Origin: Felis catus
Taxonomy: Eukaryota
Reading direction: 5' to 3'
DNA length: 64,000 nucleotides
Assembly: GCF_018350175.1 (NCBI RefSeq)
Contig: NC_058383.1
Coordinates: forward strand, 30,320,001-30,384,000
Position numbers and translations under genes: made by a program. Positions 62,105 to 64,000 of the stretch are shown piece after piece; the stretch's first letter is position 1; each line of letters starts with the position of its first letter. A model generated the notes under the pieces. The model made no database searches, was not told the origin of the DNA, and worked only from the letters and a program-made list of their open reading frames with translations.

Positions 62105-62500
62105 GCCCTGTGGCTAATTTCCTCCAGTCTGTCTTTCAATTCACAGCCTCTCTCTGAAGCTGTGTCTAATCTGCTGTTTAACTCTGAAATAGCGTTTTTC
62201 ATTTCAATAGGGAGATTCTTGATTTCTATAAATTTTAGTTGGCTTAAAAAATCTTTCTCTCTTTTTTTATAACATCTTCTGCTTTCATTATGATCTCTCA
62301 TCCTTCTTTTATCTCTGTGGTCATTTTCAACAAACTTATTTTATAGTCTTTTCCAGATGGTTCTATAGTCTCAAGTTCTTGAGATGCTATTTCTACATAT
62401 TCTGCCTGTTAACTTTCCTTTATGTAATATGCCTAATCATGCAGTCTGTAATATTTTAATTGTGAGCCCACCTTCAACATAGGTTCTTTATTCTGTAAAA
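62105..62500 (-). mobile_element. Old L1 or HAL1 ORF1-region fragment
   Basis: Minus-strand peptide EIKNLPIEMKNAISELNSRLDTASERGCELKDRLEEI resembles the L1 ORF1p coiled coil. Confidence 0.7.
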
Positions 62501-62819
62501 CTCCTGTGAGCCTAGGGATACAGAGGTTACCCTACAAAGAGATCTTGATCTCAGGTTTCCTGGGCCCTAGAGTAGTTAATGCTTTCATTGCCCAGGATGG
62601 AATTTCTAACCCAGGTGTGTACATCCACACGTAACACAGATTCAGCCTTTCACTTTCTCACCAGAAATCTTTTCCCAACCTTGAATCCTGGGCAGGCAAG
62701 GACCTCCCTTGGACATGTGGACAGAGTTTCTCTAGCCCATTAACAAAAGAGGACAAGTTCTAGCCTTATATGGGAGTGCCAGTTAATAACATATTAATTG
62801 ACTAATAATATATTGTCAC

Positions 62820-62960
62820 AGGGGACAAAGGGGGCCCAGGGTAAATAAAAAAGATTAAGAGAACACTTATCATGATGAGCACCAAGAATTGCTGATTCAT
62901 TCTATTGTACACCTGAAGCTAATATAACACTGTATGTTAACTTACTGTAGTTCAATTAAA
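62820..62960 (+). mobile_element. L1 3'-terminal fragment
   Basis: cacttatcatgatgagcac...tattgtacacctgaagctaatataacactgtatgttaac. Confidence 0.8.
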
Positions 62961-63345
62961 CTAAAGAAATGATATCTTCTATAGGTGCTCATGGCCAGCT
63001 TAAACAAATGATCAAAAGCCCAACAGGAAAAGGAGAGCTACAAGAATGCACACCCAACTATCCTTTGCAGAGTCATATAGGAAAGACAAATCTAATATTG
63101 AGTTTAATTAAGAAGTGACCAGCAAGAGATAACCATGAAGCCAAGACTCCAGAGATGAAAGTACCAAAAAGAGAAAAAAATAGATATATACAAATTAATA
63201 TATGATAATATATATCAAATAATTCTATATGTTTTACGAAGGGAAATAGCTATGCCACTTGAGTCTGCCATTATTGCCAAGTCTATTCTCCCTACATCAT
63301 CACTAACAGAATGATAGTTCGAAAGCACAAATCTTATCCTGTACC

Positions 63346-63347
<2 letters not shown>

Positions 63348-63393
<46 letters not shown>
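63348..63393. repeat. (CA)n microsatellite
   Basis: Directly visible. Confidence 0.92.
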
Positions 63394-63399
<6 letters not shown>

Positions 63400-63559
63400 C
63401 CTCATTCCTGATACCCACTCCTGCTTACCTCCATTTAATGTCTTTCCCTCAACTAAAGAGCCAAATCTCTATCCTCATCTCTTACAAAACTCCTCCCCTG
63501 TCTACCTCCAGCCACCCTGGCCTTCCCCCAACAAGTAGGTCTCCAAAAGACCTTCCCAC

Positions 63560-63900
63560 CTTGGAGATTATGCACAAGCTGTTTCCTCTGCCTGGAATGT
63601 TCTTCCATCTGCTCAACCCCCACCCCTGGTTAATTTCTCTTCATTCTTTAGATCTCAATTAGAACATCACTCCCACAGAGAAAGCTTCCTGGCCCCAAAC
63701 TAGGTCGGGTCATTTGGTTCTATGTTCACACAATACCCTGAACATCTTATCTTCATAGCACTTACCATGACTGTCATTTCAATCGCACAAAGAGTAGTTT
63801 AATTTTTTGTCTTTCCCACCGGACTGTAACCTCCAGAAAAAGGAACCCATCTGGATTGTGTACCGCCAGACCCCCCACTGTCTAGCACAATAAAAATTTG
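63560..63900 (+). mobile_element. L2 fragment
   Basis: gctgtttcctctgcctggaatgttcttcc...tcattctttagatctca...catagcacttacca...ggactgtaacctcc. Confidence 0.75.
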
Positions 63901-64000
63901 CTACAGAAATGCAAGCCCCCTGGTGCCAGCCCTCTCTGGCACCCTCACAAACGTGCACCTGAGCTCAGTGCACTTTCCCACAAGCCTCTTCTGAAGCAAG

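Noticed and set aside
1..64000. CRISPR array, operon or novel multi-gene system; numt; intact ERV
   Set aside because: Mammalian repeat-rich non-coding DNA; I saw no repeat-spacer array, mitochondrial sequence or gag/pol/env.

Overview
Mammalian, almost certainly felid (cat-family), genomic DNA: it holds about 20 tRNA-derived CAN-SINEs of the SINEC_Fc type and a young felid-type L1 3' end. The window is non-coding (an intron or intergenic region) and dense in MIR, L2, L1, MLT/ERVL LTR and hAT DNA-transposon relics plus microsatellites. I could not recognise any functional protein-coding exon or name a host gene. The ORF track is explained by repeats, SINEs and chance. Clearly recognisable non-repeat items: (1) a full-length processed RPL35A pseudogene (5'TOP, three frameshifts, polyA, TSD) inside an L1 ORF1 piece that appears to be the inverted half of a 5'-inverted L1; (2) a 31-nt tailless U2 snRNA retrocopy with a 9-bp TSD that has microhomology to U2. 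The best functional candidates, by inference only, are a CRE + D-box + ETS + MEF2 cluster (14.26-14.36 kb), a minus-strand TATA/E-box/first-exon-like segment (45.6-46.0 kb) and several motif-dense, repeat-free islands. I found no evidence of a new multi-gene system. Repeat subfamily names are by-eye recollections of consensus sequences, and boundaries of old repeats are approximate.
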